Shown here one piece after another: positions 62,340 to 64,000 of a stretch of DNA of 64,000 bases. Source of the DNA: Ostrea edulis (taxonomy: Eukaryota); the NCBI RefSeq assembly GCF_947568905.1, contig NC_079166.1, forward strand, positions 19,282,001-19,346,000, read 5' to 3'. Position numbers and translations under genes: made by a program. Positions within the stretch are counted from its first letter, which is position 1. Each line of letters begins with the position of its first letter. The notes beneath the pieces are model-generated. The model did not search any database. It had not been told where the DNA came from and saw nothing but the letters and a program-made list of their open reading frames with translations.

Positions 62340-62470
62340 ATGAAAAAGTGAAGATAACGAACAGTGATCAATCTCATAACTCCTATAAAAACACAAAATT
62401 CAGAACAGGACAAACATGGACCCCTGGTCACACCAGAAGTGGGATCAGGTGCACAGGGGGAATAAGCATA
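62340..62470 (-). mobile_element. Naiad-like PLE 3'-end fragment, short
   Basis: Same family; truncated inside the structured domain. Confidence 0.75.
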
Positions 62471-63169
62471 TTTCTTGTTAATATACTGATTTTATTCTCG
62501 GGAATGTTCTATTTAATATGACACCATCTAGCCGTGCGAATGTTAAAAATAGTAAATTATCGGTACCAAAAATGAAGTAATAGGCTTTCCAGTTCAACCA
62601 ATCTATAGAGTACATACCACAAATCATCAAAATGTAAAGATAGAAAATATGAAACCTGTCATACAAGTGTGGTGACTTGATAATAACTGCAGTTACAGGT
62701 AAAGACATGTCTGTAATGCAGAAAGCGCGGTAACTTGTCACATGTTATAGGTGGATCATATCGACATGCCATGTTACGTTTATAGATAAGCACAGAAAAA
62801 TTCAGTTTCTTCCTCGATATACTTTCCAACATGCCAGACAGGGAGAAGATGTCCGGTAGCATTCTAAATTTAGGAAGGCAAGACTTAGCTTGAAGATTTT
62901 CTTTCATGAAATATTGTAAAACCATTCGTTTTCCGAGGAGAGGTAATATTTCATTGGTTAGTGATGAAGATGTTAGTGATGATGATACTGATTGATGTAC
63001 TCTACGGAAACCAGAAAAGGAAATAAGAAATTAAAAGTTTTCATTTATGAACTTTAATTTTCTTCCCACGAACACAAAATGAATCCACAGAAACAGAGAG
63101 TATTTCCTCAACAACAGAAAGAAAATCTTTACGAACAGAAAGTCCTCACAAAAAGAAAGAAAATATCCA

Positions 63170-63420
63170 CAGGGAGACCGTAAGTCTCCCTGAACAGAAA
63201 GTAAGTCTCCCTGAACAGAAAGTAAGTCTCCCTGAACAGAAAGTAAGTCCCTACGAACAAAAATCAACCAACATCCTCACGGACAACAGAAAGTAAGTCC
63301 CCAGGAACAGAAAATACGTGCATACGAACAGAAGGTATATCCCACGAACAGAAAGTAGACTAACAGTACTTAAGTTTCCACAGACAGTAAGTCCCCCACG
63401 AACAGAAAGTAAAAACTAAG
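63170..63420. repeat. 21-bp minisatellite CCCTGAACAGAAAGTAAGTCT with degenerate flanking units
   Basis: Direct reading. Confidence 0.85.
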
Positions 63421-64000
63421 TCCTCACAAACAGAAAGAAAGAACCATTAACATCGGGGTTTTGGGGTACGAAAATTCTACCCCACGAAAAACTGATCCTA
63501 TATTCATGAAATATTTGCGACTGAAAATTTGTTTCAATAGTATGACAAAAATTGAAGCATTGCAAAATAATAATTGTACATGAGAAACTTACAGTTGATG
63601 AATGATAACTCACAATGAATGTGTAAAATATTGATACATAATTACTATGCATAAATTACTAACAATGAGTCTGTAACACAATATACAATGCATTACAAAC
63701 ATTTGTATATCGCCCTAGTCAATTTAAGATCTATAAAGCGCTTCACATTACAAGTTTACAATTACAAGTTTTAAAAAAGGTTTTATTATGAAAAGATGAT
63801 AATTGTGAATGAGAAATTCACAATGAATGTGTTAAACAATGTTGAATTAAATGTATACAAGTAATTTACAATGAATGTGCAGCAGAAACAGTCTGACAGA
63901 AACTGCTGCGTTGGTAGCAGTGAAATAGAAGAGGGTGGCTTTAGTTAAACTGCAGACAAAATGCAAAATATTCTTATAATAACCAAAACATTCGAAGAAA

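Overview
AT-rich eukaryotic genomic DNA, most likely from an oyster (Ostreidae; inferred from the 166-bp HindIII-type satellite carried in Helentron-like elements and from the SINE/PLE families, not verified by search). Host coding loci: (1) two tandem intron-split F-type (fucose-binding) lectin domains at 1.6-4.5 kb, (2) a secreted Cys-rich/Thr-rich/Pro-rich 344-aa protein at 47.2-48.6 kb, (3) an intronless ankyrin-repeat protein ending in a CaaX box at 53.2-54.0 kb. The rest is dominated by mobile DNA. This includes an 11-kb decayed AcademH-like transposon (spliced transposase plus convergent RecQ-like helicase between perfect 77-bp inverted repeats), a 5'-inverted L1/Tx1 insertion, 19 3'-end copies of a Naiad-like Penelope element, tRNA-derived SINEs, Helentron non-autonomous elements, and pogo-, hAT-, Kolobok- and Ginger-like MITEs, plus several minisatellites. 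The most intriguing signals are RNA-level: five minimal hammerhead-ribozyme loci (three arranged as head-to-head palindromes), and a compact pseudoknot-capable 95-nt domain at the Naiad-like 3' end that has no hammerhead core. Also notable is a 78-bp hairpin element with a perfect 9-bp target duplication. All family assignments come from motif recognition by eye; no database search was possible.
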